From Laetmonice hystrix (lineage: Eukaryota): 64,000 nt of DNA. Numbering within the stretch: the stretch's first letter is position 1; each line of letters opens with the position of its first letter. Position numbers and translations under genes: made by a program. Shown here in pieces: positions 50,296-62,864 of this stretch. The stretch is from the NCBI GenBank assembly GCA_965235115.1, contig OZ249437.1, positions 49,104,001-49,168,000 on the forward strand, given 5' to 3'. The notes beneath the pieces were generated by a model. It worked only from the letters and a program-made list of their open reading frames with translations, had not been told where the DNA came from and did no database searches.

Positions 50296-53170
50296 TCAGG
50301 GGCGGGCTGGACTGTGTCAATCCCCTGGATCGTCCCACGCCTTGACCCGGCCTGCTTACCCCGATACACCACAACCGACCAGGTTGTCATCCTCCTGCTC
50401 CTGTCACGAGGTACGACCAGCTATAGGTCTTAGGACCCTGGGAGATGGCAGTAGATAGGGCATGAACTTCTCCATTAAACCTTCACACTGATGGGGCACC
50501 GAGAAACTCTGCACAATACCAGGAGGGCGTAACGAGGGCATCTGGGACAGTCAAAACAATACTAACTTGATTAGCACCAGTCGGACCTGGATATGGCCGA
50601 GTTCACAATAGGTAGTCATTGAAAGTTAAATCATCTCTCGGCTTTATCTACATACTGCCATGATAATATTATGTGGACGGGAGAGGATGACGCCTTCCCC
50701 GAGGACGCTTAATGTAAATCTATCCGCGTACGAATCCGGTTGTCGGCAACAGGTGCACGTTGTGGACTAGGTGCGTATCTCCTCACTTGAATAAAAACTA
50801 ACTTTTTAGCTGATGAAATAAAATCTTCAAGCTTTAAAGTATAACCTGTTGGTAAATGTTACTCGACCAAGGCCTCTGTCTTGATGGTTCAGGTTGCCCC
50901 TTCCCATCTAGTTGAGTGAGAAGGCACGTGCCGCCAGCCCGGGCCTACCATCGAAGCACCTTGGGCTGTGTCGGCCTCACGGAGCAGGTGTAAGGCGAAC
51001 GTGCGCGGGCCCCAGCTGCCTGCCATCACAAGGCTCGGCAAAAAACTCCAACAAAAAACAATGTTGACACATGACACACAACCGCACAATGACAAACCTT
51101 TTAACTATGCCACAGCAACGTTCCTCGTCATAAAAGCTGCCTCTAATATGATCCAAATTTCCCCCCGCTTTCCTTTCAATGTGCAAAAAAAGATGACTTT
51201 TCCAAAATGACAGAATCTGAAGCACTATGAATACACCAAAACTATTATTTCTTTAACTTCTCTTACAGATATAATTCGTTTAATGACATGTCAGTAATAG
51301 ACATAGATCTATGGATTTCAATAAAGCGTATCCGAGTAGAGAACAGCAGGTCTACCGTTTATGATTTGTGATCAAGCTCAGATCAAATGAACACAGCCGT
51401 GATAAAGGATGCAGGACACCTATAGTGGTGGTCATTGAAGTGGCCAGGTGCTGGCCTGCCTACCATTGGCTGGACGCTGGTGGAGGTGGGAAACTGCTCT
51501 GTGAGGTAGATACCAGGGTACAGGTAGATCCAGTTGTGGTGATGACACAAGCCTGACATTGGGATCATCCTCTGGCCTGACACAGCAGCCACTTTCACGG
51601 CGGGCTCAGCGCTCACAGGAACTACCCGCCGGCTCGCCACCCCCTCGCTGTGGGTCTGACGTTGACTAAGTGTCCCGATTCTACACCTGCCAGGTGGTCT
51701 AAAGTTGTGCCTTTGATGTTTGGTCCGGGTCGATATTGGAGATGATGAATGAAGCCGAGGGCCAGTTGTGGGTAGAACCAGCCGCCGTAAGGAGAGAGGG
51801 CCCGGGGTGGGGTTCCTCCACGTCAACCACCCAACTACTGAAAGTCCCAGGGTTAGCACGACGGCCTAGATCCACTGAAGCAGGCCAAGTCAGTCACGGT
51901 GTGGGGGAGGAAGATGAGGGGATGGTATCGTCGACCGCCAGCACGCACTCTGACACGGCGAGAATGTCAACAAGTCCGTCTCCTCCTCCTCCCGCCTACA
52001 TTGTCAGTCAGTATCTCCTCCTCCTGCCCAGGCTCCTCCTGGTGAAGGCGACACTTCTGCAGCCTCCAGCGTTAAACAAAGGGGACATCGGGAGCCCCAG
52101 GTCACCAGTCATCCCCAGAGATCACCACTGACACTCCTCCATGTCGACAGCAATTCACCTGTACCTAATGCTACATGCAAGAACCTTGCTTGTGCCTGCA
52201 ATGTATCAATAGCACGTACCCAGGTGCCTGGTCCTGTATAGTTCCGCCTTCACAGCGGTCGGCAGCAGACCCATGTGGCTCCAATGGTTTCAGAGGTGGC
52301 CTGGCCTTGAAAAACCAAACCATCCTATACTACTCAAATGGTAGGACGACGACTCGCCACTGCTAATCGGGACCACTTTGTGCAGCAACACAAATTCCGA
52401 CGTTTCTCTCTGGAGTTTTCTCGCCCGCACAACTATGTATTGATGCTGATCATTAGGCTATAGCTGATGATTGTAAAAAGTTCATTTTATTGTTCCCATA
52501 GCACAAGCCCTAAAGGTCCTTGCGGATATCTTTGTTACCTTTTACCGGGCCTCTGTGACATTCTGCTGTCCCTGGTAACATCCCTAACCCCCTCCCCCCG
52601 TCCCCCACCCCCACTCCATGTATCACCGGGCCATACTCGTTCTTAAATTAGTACCCTGCTAATTAGGAGGTGGCCATGGCCAAGACGTGGTCCCATGTGC
52701 GGCCGGTGGTCGGGCGGTAAGACGGAGGAGAGAGATGTGCGTGTGCCGGCCTGGCGAGGAGTCAGCCTGGCCTCAGGTGTCCTTTCCAGGCTAATCCCCG
52801 GACTCACAATACCCTGCCTACTCGTGGCTAACACCGCCAGCCACGCTCACAATCAGCACCAATTTGTAAACACTAACACGAGCAAATTAAAAAGGGCATC
52901 ACTTTAATCGTGAGAAATGTCACTCACCCAGATATCCTCCCGCGGCAAGAAAACTGTTCACAGATTCTCGGAATATATCCCACACTACAATGTTCTTATC
53001 CACCGGAGTATAAGTCATTCACTCAGATAATACAAAAAAAGAAGTCTTTTGGACTCAAACTGTCTCACTACGCACACCCGCCAAGATCTATCTATTGCTA
53101 TTTTTGGGTAAATGCACAGAGGAGTTGTGCCATGCTTAGGCCTACTTAGTGATTCATATAGATCTGTCTA

Positions 53171-53561
53171 AAGCCCGGCATACACGTACGACTGTTTAGT
53201 TGTGCAACTGTCAAAGACTAAATAGTCGTGCGTGTATGCCGGGCGAAAAACAGCAAGATATTTTTGCCCGACTGTTTGATCTAGTCGGGTCTAGTCGGGT
53301 CTACTCGCTACGTGTATGCACTCGTGTATGAGTCGGCCGGTCACTAGCCAATCACAGCGCTCCTGTCAGATGCCCGCTAGGTGGCCGGAGTACTTTCACT
53401 GACTGCCGCCAGGATAACGTGCACAAAGTGCTCAAAGTCACGCTGTATTAGTCGTTACCAGTCGTAGCGTGTAAGCACCCTGGTCAGCCCAGTTGAGACG
53501 CACGACTATTTAGTTGTTGACAGTTGCACAACTAAAACAGTCGTTCGTGTATGCCGGGCTT
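53171..53561. mobile_element. 391-bp MITE with about 63-bp TIRs, flanked by TA
   Basis: Left arm aagcccggcatacacgtacgactgtttagttgtgcaactgtcaaagactaaatagtcgtgcgt (53171-53233) is the near-perfect reverse complement of 53498-53561. TA at 53169-70 and 53562-63. Confidence 0.9.
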
Positions 53562-54443
53562 TACACTTAGATTACGAAAGTCTAATCGATTTAATATCCA
53601 ACACCATGATTTGAATGACATTCAAGTGTCAATTTGGCGGTCATATTTCCAATAAAGGACGATTTAAATCAACTCCTAGTTTGGCCAGCGCTGGCATTTT
53701 GGCAGGTCATGTGACTGATGGTGCACCGGTGGGCGATTTGAGAGGTGGAGACAATTAAAACCCAGGGCCCTACTCTGGGATTGGGGTGACACCGTGCCAG
53801 TCCAACCCTACCAATGCTGACTGCAGGCTGACAGAGCCCCTCAGAATCAAGGCTGACCTAAGCCAGACTCCACCGACTTCTTTCTCTCTCTGCACGCCCC
53901 CACCCTCATACACACAACCGACAGCCTTCCAAGACCTTGAGAAACCTCCCTCCGCTGTCGTGCCCATAATGTTTGACATGGTTGAAATTATTTCATCTAC
54001 AAGATATCCGAATTTAATACACAAAGACATTCGAATGTCAACTCAATTTTTCATTTGACTCAAAGAGAAGTCTGCATGTATAAAGTGTCATTCAAAATGT
54101 GCACCAATCATTAAAAGGACAAGCATCGAAATGTTTTGGATCATCAGTTACACATGAAAGTAGCGACCATTCACAAGACCACTTTTATTTATTGCTCAGC
54201 TATTACAAACCAATCCCTGACTGCTAGGCATGAGGTAAGCAACTACTGGCTTGACCTGCAGTCTAATCTAATGATCTAACAACAAAAACTGTAATCTTTA
54301 ATGCAAAATGGAGCCATCTCATTTGAAGTCGTTCTCAAAACATATTTTCAAACGTTGCAAGTGAATGCAAATGCAATCCTTATTGTGTTTATTGGTCAAG
54401 ATGTATGTAGATTGCTGATTTTACATGTCCTGTTGGTCAAGTT

Positions 54444-54780
54444 CTGTGTATTGTTGTTGCTTCCATCCTGTTGACGGAGCACTGTGTATCAGTTTCGGCT
54501 CAACTTTTCCCGTTGGCCGAGCTGTGTGTATTGTTGACTCCACTCGTTCAGTTCTGTGTATTGTTGACTCTAGTCCTCCCGTTGGCCACACTGTGTATTA
54601 CTGTTAAATGAACTCATTGGCCGAGAGGTGTATTGTTGTTGGCTCCACTCGTCTTGTCCTGTCCCACTGGGTGAGCTGTGTATTGTTGTCACCTCCCGTC
54701 CCACTGGGTTAGCTGTGTATTGTTGTTGTCTCCCCCCGTCCCAATGGGTTAGCTGAATAATGTTGTTGTCTGATTCCGTC
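54444..54780. repeat. Degenerate tandem array with core ctgtgtattgttg, about 9 units of 30-48 bp
   Basis: Core at about 54444, 54482, 54524, 54554, 54591, 54628, 54676, 54713 and 54753. Confidence 0.75.
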
Positions 54781-54898
54781 CTGCCGGACAAGCCAGTGTC
54801 CCGCCGGACAAGCCAGTGTCCCGCCTGACAAGCCAGTGTCCCGCCGGACAAGCCAGTGTCCCGCCGGACAAGCCAGTGTCCCGCCGGACAAGCCAGTC
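54781..54898. repeat. Minisatellite, 20-bp unit ccgccggacaagccagtgtc, about 6 copies
   Basis: Direct reading of tandem units. Confidence 0.97.
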
Positions 54899-57800
54899 TC
54901 ACCGCCCCCTCCCCCCAGACGACAATTGTCCCTCAGGTAGGAGGACCATGGCAGTCAGCATGTCAGTGCCACTCCTGCCTGTTCGATGTCTGTGGCCGGT
55001 CAGTCAATCGGACCAGCTGTGACGTCGGCCAGCTGGACACAGTGGTCATTCATGTCAGCAGAGACAAATCTATCTTAATTTTGCCATGCCACACCGTGCC
55101 GCACCCAGCCCGAAATGAGTGGCCGCCCAGAGCCGACACGGTCGCCACCGCCATTATGAGTCATCTTCCTGGTCTCAACTACCGATCGGCCTGTACGTAC
55201 AGCCCAGCAACAGTCTCTACTCGGGCCGGTCTGGCCACTGCAGGGGTCCGGCTGGCTCGGTGGACATTGTTCCAGGTCAATGATGTGGGGAAGTGGTATG
55301 GACTAACGGTTACTAACCTGATCTCACACCTGAGATAGTGGTGACAGTTGGACAGCTCATGCACACCTCTCCTCCGCTGACATACCGAATCATTTAATTT
55401 TCTCAACCCTTTTATAATTAACGCGTACTCCCAGATTGAATGATTAAATATGGCTCGAGTTCCACTGATCTATTCGCCATTTAGGCTGGTACTCCACCAC
55501 AGAAAAGATGGCAAGAAGCATTTATCTCATAGGCCGCATGCTCCCGGTTTCGCTGTTATTTATTCCAGAGTTACTTAACGTTTGCTTGACGAAGCTAAAT
55601 AAAATATCTTCTTTGCTTCATCTTTACGCACTGTTAATACAACAAGCAACGTTTGTCGATTTTTTTTATTTATTTCATTACCATTAACCACATTAATTTT
55701 TATCAGTCAGCCTACTATACTACTTGCATTGAACGGTTTCATTTCAAAGTTCTTTAGTCAGGTCCCAAAGGTAGCTCGATCAGCTAACGGACTCAACCTG
55801 ACGTGTTGTCGGCACTTTCCCTGTGACACTGGGTGCAGGTGTGCCTCACCTGGTCGACTTTGTTTGGTTTCTTGCCGTTCACTGCCTGTCTTAGCGCCAC
55901 ATCTTAGGCAAGCGGCGCCGTGCCTTTTGACACGCTTACCTGGCGGAGATGACCACCTTTGTTTACCTGCGTCATCAAAGATGACCATCTCCAGTGAATG
56001 GACAACGTCAGCGTCTGTGACGGCCAACCCGCTCAATGCCAGCAGACGACGACGGACTGGGCGGCCGTATCACAGCTGTGTGTTGGGAGACGGTGAAGCA
56101 GGAGTAATACGTTTATGGGATGTCTGCAGGGTGTCAGGTGCACCGCCTTCTCATATAGCCTTGGTGGTGTTGAGCGTGCCACGGAGACCAAAAACCCCCT
56201 CCCTCGTCGACTTTAAACAATGCCCGCCCATTCAGAGTGGCGCCGTGACACATTTCTCCATAATCCACTGCCATGAATAGCACACCTCACCTTTGCTAGC
56301 TTTGCGTTAAATCACTTCAAACAGCCACGCAATCAATACATACCTAGTGATTCAGAGCACTAAGAAACAATAACGGTGGCATGTTAGGTACTTGACATTC
56401 TAAACTTTCTTAAAGTCCTAATATTTGATCAGCACAAGCCGTTCATGGACCAACTTTTACAAAAGATGCCACTATAATATTGTGTAAAAAGACAATCTTA
56501 AATTTCGCACGGTACTTGTCATATCTTGCTCATGCCTTCGACCGTTAAACAAATGAAATAGTGAAGGATCAATTGTTCCAGCCTTGGAGCCAAACAGGAG
56601 ATTCTTTGAGAGTGCGGTCCCCAAACTAAGAGGCCGAGTTTGGAGGGCGGTTGACAGCAGTGGAGTTGTTGTGTACGAGACCGGCAGAGATTCCGCCATG
56701 TCGGGCCGCCGAAGCTCCAAGTCAGACCCTTGGTACCAGAACGGGGTCTAATTGGTGGGAGGGCATCAACCACTTGTGTAAATAGCAGGGTGCGGCAATG
56801 TTTATACCAGTCCCGGTCGCTGCCTGGCTGAGGCGGGACCTTGGACTGAGGCGCACGGGTGGTCTGGACCACACAGCGTTTGCTACACAACAATGCAATG
56901 TCATCGCCAGTGAGCAAAGTAAACACGTGCACCAGTAACATGCAATCTCTACATAACAATGTCTTGTATATTACAAAAGGTATCGCAAGAAATAAACTGT
57001 CGGCATGTATGATTAGATCTTTTAACAAGACCCCCCTCGGTACGCACAGATAGTCGTGTGTCCAAGGTTTTCTCTCACATCCTGCGCCTTCCGAAACAAG
57101 AGCGCACCAAAAACTAGAGAGCGCTAATAAAAATTTCTCCTTATATTTTCCTCCTCCTCAACAATTTCCTATTTGTGATGGGTATAGGCTTATCACCACC
57201 ACCTGTGTTGTTTTTGAGTGACAATTTATTTTCCAAAGGTACGTTGGGTAAGACATTGGCTGCAGTGTTATTGTCATGTTATGTTGGACTAACCTGTTCC
57301 AGGTGTGAGACGCAGGTAAAGACAATAGGAAGATCTACACGCGGGTAGACCACACAGGCATCTTAACAGACCACACAACTAACATTTCATAATTTAACTA
57401 ACAGAATTAGGTTTCTATAGCCTGAAAGACAACTTTCAACGCGATCATGAATAAACTTGCATAGTCCAAATTACTAGACTAGATATGTAAATCTTTCCCA
57501 AATAGATTATTTGATCAAGTAATCCAGGTGAGTGAGTAATGGTGGGTTTTACGCTGTGCCCGCCATCTAAGGCCATCTTCACGGCAGAAGTAATCTAGGT
57601 AATTTTCTACCCAATCAATCAAAAGTGAATGAAGAAGATGCTTATTTTATCATTGGGTTGACCTCCCTGGTCACAGTTGTTCGGCAGCCTACAGCTTTTC
57701 TAACAGGTGTTAGAAGGTGGTGCCTCCTCCCATTGTACACATCATATTTACTCTGCTATAATAAGTTAGCCTACATAAAACTACTTTTACACCGGCTTTT

Positions 57801-60530
57801 TGGTTGCGGGGGGTAAAAATACAGGTTGCGCTTGACACGTCTTTTTACTGAACTGCCGTTCGATGTTTCTGCAAGCAATACCATAAGGCTGCTTTTCGAT
57901 TTATGAAACAAAGTCCAAGTGAAAAAGAACACGAAAACTCCAGGGTTATTAATGCGTTTGCTTCAGTAAATTATTCCTTCTGCACAATTTCTGTCTTTAA
58001 AGAATCTTTCAGAAACTGTATCATTAGTTAGCGCCTCATATTTATTGATAAGAGTACATATATCTTCCCTGGCCATCTTTCTTTAAACAAGTTACTTAGT
58101 AAGATAAATATTCTTTCCGAAAACATGGACGGGAATGGTTGTTGAGAAACAATTAGTCCCAGTCGCGCACGTACTGCTACCGTCTGCTGGTCTATGACCT
58201 TGACCTGTTTGGAGGTCACTGGGGGGTTGCCCTCTGATCCTCGGCTGTAAGCCCCGTGCCAGTTTGTCCCGACAGACAGCACCAGACTGGACGGTGGGAG
58301 GGCAGGGAGGTGGCTAGGAGTCAGGATCCCAGGGCCCCCCCCCGTGCTCCTCGCTTCACATGGTTAACCTGGCATTATGAATTCATACGGGGGTTCTGCC
58401 CTGTATCAATTATAGCCACTGAGTTCTTGCTCGTGTCACTGCCCCGGCCATCACCCTGCAGACCTAGGATCACCCAGACAAAGCAACTTGTCTAGCCGAC
58501 ACACAGTGCCAAATGTCACAGGTCCTTGACCACCGGGCAGATCCCAAACGGCTACTAGTGAAGCCAACTGCCCAATGTCCACCAATTTGACCTCCATTTC
58601 TGCATCATTAAACTTTAACCTTGTGTACATTCAGATGGAGAAGCTGACTGGTCGGTCAGTCCACATGGACCCTTTGCACGACAAACTGGAGGTCTTGGTC
58701 GCCCCCTGTCTCTATTATTTGACAACTTCCATAAAGACTAAAGTAATTAGCCGGCCCTGCTGACCTATAAATGTGGTTAAGCTGGTGGACATTATTTTGG
58801 GAGCGTGCGCCAGTCCCCACGGCCTGCTTGAGGCGGCGTGGCCGGGCCTGTTTGGTATCCCTGTCCATTAGTCTGGCTATTTAATACTTACACCGGCCCG
58901 CCCAACCCAGCACACGCTGCCCCCCTCGGCTACCTGCCGGCATGCCAATCAATTCAATATTTCCACCTTTATTCGGCCTAGTAGGCAACGGCAAAGGCAT
59001 AACAGTATAATGTAATGAGATTTGAAGAACTTCTTGCTGTTGGTGGGTGTAGGTTGGCTGGGCGGTCGGGCAGGCCGGAGGATTGTGGCCCGAGGTCTCA
59101 GGTGGTGCGACACATTAAGTAATCTCATTACAGACCTCGAAAACATCGTACTGCCACAGCGCACAAAGCACTTAGCCACCACTCCAAATGTTTGCCAAGG
59201 AAATGGCTGATAATTTGACATTTCCTTCGTATCAAAGAGTTATTAGTCTCTGCTTTAATATTTGTTCCGTGTAAAATATTGGACTTGCGGAGACAGGCCG
59301 CCTTGCTCGGCTCACAATGGATAGCAGTCATTTTTCATGTGGCCTTAATTTGTAGCCGAGCAGTGAGCCTGCCGATCTCATTCATTTCATCTACACTTGG
59401 TAATGACAGCCCCCTGCGAGCCGCAATGATATTTGGCTGAAGTTACTGAAGGGTGGTTTGTGTTACGCTGTCAATGAAGCCTGAGCGTAATTGGCACTTT
59501 CAGCACTAACCACACAGCTTCCTACCAGGCCAGCAATAGGCAGGATCCACACCAAATGAGCGGCCAATTAAGGCCTGCCCACCAACTCATCACAGCGCTC
59601 ACCCCCTGCTTCAACCGACCCTGCCTCCAGCCGAGCTTCACATCTATTTGTTAGCTGGGCCTTGCTAACAGGGTCGGAGGATAATTGAACATGTGACCCT
59701 TACACACTTCACTTTAATTGCCTGCTCAAAAATCCATTTTAAGCACTTTGAAAATCCGGCGGGATATTTCCCTTCCTTTGGGACACTTTTGCCCCTTTAT
59801 CTCGGCTTTCACCGTTTTCGTTGCATACTTTTTTAATTAGACACCCCAAACAAAAAAATCAAAAACAAAAACAATTTTTTTAACCCATAAAAATCGAAAA
59901 TGGAAAATGTTCTTCCCGATTATTTTCCTCAGCTGACGACCATTTGATATAAACACCTTCTTCCTTTATTTATCACACATAATGTAGCTGCAGTATAACT
60001 ATATAGTCAGTAGGTATGGCTATTAACCATAGAAATACGGACAGATGAGGACACGATCAGTTCGCAAGTTCATACAGTGATAACGTCCACATTGGTCCAA
60101 ATCCACATCCATACGCAAGTTTGGAAAATATCTAAGAAATAAATAAATTTACTGACGTTTATATCTGCTCTCATGACCGACAAGGACTTGTCCAACATGA
60201 TTTGTTTCTTTCATTGTCATCAAGAACGGTGCTGGTGGTTCAGAGTCAACCACTGGACCAGTGTCCCAGAATACAGGTCGCCGACACAGTGCTGCCACCT
60301 GTCTGTAACACGACGAACTGAGGTCTCCACCAGCAGGGGTCTCTGTCCTACAAGATGCAGCGACAGACACCAGTTTCGAATGCCCCCCAGGAAATGCGAT
60401 CCCTCAGACAGAATTTTCTTTAAATGTGAATCTCGGTTTTTTTCGATCACTAGAGGTGTAGCATTCTGTTGCCTGTAAAGTTTCTTTAAGGCGTGAAACT
60501 GTGAACCATTGTTCTGATCGTCTTCACCTG

Positions 60531-60616
60531 ATTGCTGGGTGATTTCTGAGACCGAAGTCATTGCTGGGTGATTTCTGAGACCGAAGTCATTGCTGGGTGA
60601 TTTCTGAGACGGAAGC
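60531..60616. repeat. Tandem repeat, 29-bp unit attgctgggtgatttctgagaccgaagtc x3
   Basis: Units start at 60531, 60560 and 60589. Confidence 0.95.
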
Positions 60617-61680
60617 CAGGTACGAGCAGCGTGGAGCAGTTGATGGCGATGGATGGCTTACCTGACGACTGTAGAGTTATATTCGTTTGACACCTCAGGC
60701 GTTACCCGGTAAACACTTCCCGTTCGTGATTGCTCTAAGTGCAGCGTTAATTAGGCTTCCGGCCTAGAACCTGCAAGCAAGACTTTTTCTTTTGTCTGGA
60801 GAGGCCAAAGAAACCTGATTTGATTATTCTGTATTATACTATTTCCTGATTAGCAGGCGTCATTTCCATCGTTCCCTGCGCTGCCAGTAAACCTTGACGT
60901 CAACATACGGCTGACATGCTCATCATGATTACGGAATTTTAATTCGTTTGGCATCTCTACCTGAAAAATACGTCTGACTCCCAAACATGAGTAGGACCGA
61001 CCACACAATGAGTCTTTTGGGTTTTAATATTAATCTAATTATTTTATATCTATAATTTCTTCATACCGGGACGTCAAAATGAACTTCCATTGCTCCGTGC
61101 CCGCATCGTGTTTGAGAAATACTGAGACAGGCATCAACTTTTATCATAGCCGTGTCGGCACAAGTCAGTAGGCTGCCGAATAGTCCGGTGGAAGGACTTC
61201 TGTTTTCGTAACGCTGGGTGTGGGAGTGATACGGCCGTGGGGGATTCTATATCTATATTCTTACCCGTGACGTCACGGCAGTTCACTGACTTAAGCCGAT
61301 GTTTCCATCACAGCTCGACCTCACGGTCGCGGGGGTTCAAGGTGACGCGAGAGCAGAGAAAGACAGAAGAAGTTTAGGTTTGCCTGTAGGCCTACATTAC
61401 ATAAGACGTAATCCTTGGCGAGGCCAACAACCAGCAATGACTACAAAATGACCCTTGCCCTAAGCACCTAACCAGCCGCTGCCGACACGCTCCTAAGTGT
61501 TCTGTGTGCCAAGACAACCTCCCCTGTGAAGATACATTCGCGTGTTACACGTGTATTTGTCGGGATGTCCTTGACGGACGAGCTGGGTCCGTGAAATGTG
61601 TTTGTGGCGGTGCCAGTCCGGTAGCTGGCCTTGAGATATTTGTCTTGAGATGAGATGCTACCACTGGATCCTTCCATCTC

Positions 61681-61790
61681 CCCACGCCATCTCCCCTAAC
61701 TCCACATCTACCCCACCCCCGCTCGTATACATACCCACGCCCACCTCCCCTAGCTCCACATCTACCCCCCCCCCCCCACACACACACACA
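61681..61790. repeat. Short C-rich duplication plus poly-C and (CA)n
   Basis: cccacgcc..ctcccct..ctccacatctacccc occurs twice, followed by a C run and an (AC) repeat. Confidence 0.7.
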
Positions 61791-62003
61791 TTAGGTCGTT
61801 GGAAAAAGATATTATCGGGTCATTTTTATACCTTTTCCCAAAATAATAAAAGAAGAAACTAAGGATTATGTCTAATACGGACAGATTATGCCCCCCCCCC
61901 CAACTGAGGACAGCTTCCCACGCCTCTGCTTGATGGGGACCTACGAGAAATACCAAGGATATTCACAGGAAAGGCTGCACCAAAATAAGTTAAAGTTACG
62001 TAC

Positions 62004-62056
62004 CTGTGGTTCCCTGGAAGAATATCTCTGATTGTAAGGCATTTCATTGTTTTTAT
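62004..62056 (-). CDS. TCF4/TCF12/da: E-protein exon (53 nt, phase 1 to 0): (D)KNNEMPYNQRYSSREPQ
   Basis: Minus-strand acceptor tttttctctttcag| at 62057 and donor CAG|gtacgt at 62003. Open frame fits the next exon. Positionally similar to the vertebrate xKTERGSYSSYGRE exon. Confidence 0.8.
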
Positions 62057-62864
62057 CTGAAAGAGAAAAAATACAAACGTGTAAATATATCAAACAGAAA
62101 CCATAGTTTACCCATCAATTTTCAATATGCTGCCACTCACAACCTAGAACAAAGCGAGAGAATAATTGCGAATGGGATCAAACTTTTATCTTCACCACAG
62201 GACGGTCAATCCTATTTGTATTTGTTACTGTCCTCGTGACCAGCATTTTCAAGCAAGATTTCAGAATCAACCATATTTAATATCGCAGTACTCCAGTATA
62301 GGCCGATACACTCATCTGACTACTGCTCTTCCACCTAGGCAATCATCTAATAACTTGATACACACAGTAATCCATCCACCTGAATAATCCTATCAGAGAA
62401 TAATCTACTATCATCATAATCCAATCTGCCTAATGCCACGGCTGCGTTATTACAAAAAATCCTTCTGGTTTATGTGAAGTCATAGCAGATAAAGCAAAAC
62501 TCGGTCTGTGTGTCAAACGGGCCAAGTTAACTTGTTCCCGGGAATCTAAAATCTCGATGGAAACACCCGCCCCCCCACCGTTCCGGATACTCTCAGGTAC
62601 CACCCTGGATATTTCCCAAATCCGAAGCGAGGGACGAGTGGATGGGGATAGATCCAGGCCTGATGAAGGAGGGTTGAAGCTGGTGACCTGGAGACGGTAG
62701 TGGATGCTGACTGGGTACGAGACACGCATCCCACATCTCCCATCTTCCCAATTGTCTAACATCTTTGGCTAATGGATGAGTACAGGGCACTAACAGCACA
62801 TTCAGGCCATACTGTTTGTATTCTAGCTAGGTTTGTGTTAGCTGTTAAGTGACCGATGGTCAAA

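Larger units (their letters stand above)
5317..62056 (-). other. TCF4/TCF12/da: Span of a partial E-protein (class I bHLH, TCF3/4/12-daughterless family) gene; 5' and 3' ends lie outside the window
   Basis: Six GT-AG exons join in frame with matching phases (1-0, 0-1, 1-0, 0-1, 1-0, 0-0). The peptide has the E-protein motifs GKPGSPYY, VYS..P.EF..DS..YPSPKP, DG..H.SDPWS, LPPMSTF and QTGDALGKAL in the vertebrate TCF4/TCF12 order. Confidence 0.95.

Noticed and set aside
54444-54898. Repeat-spacer look resembling a CRISPR array
   Set aside because: Eukaryotic intron; units are degenerate, spacers are related to each other and of irregular length; no cas genes.
55729-57028. Longest non-gap ORFs (183 aa plus strand, 169 aa minus strand), also 41304-41813, 24100-24609 and 51383-52131
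   Set aside because: No recognisable domains; composition typical of random GC-rich intronic ORFs.
60930-60975. ttttcag|gtagag recursive-splice-like motif in the 15-kb intron
   Set aside because: Short pyrimidine tract and weak donor; not distinguishable from background.
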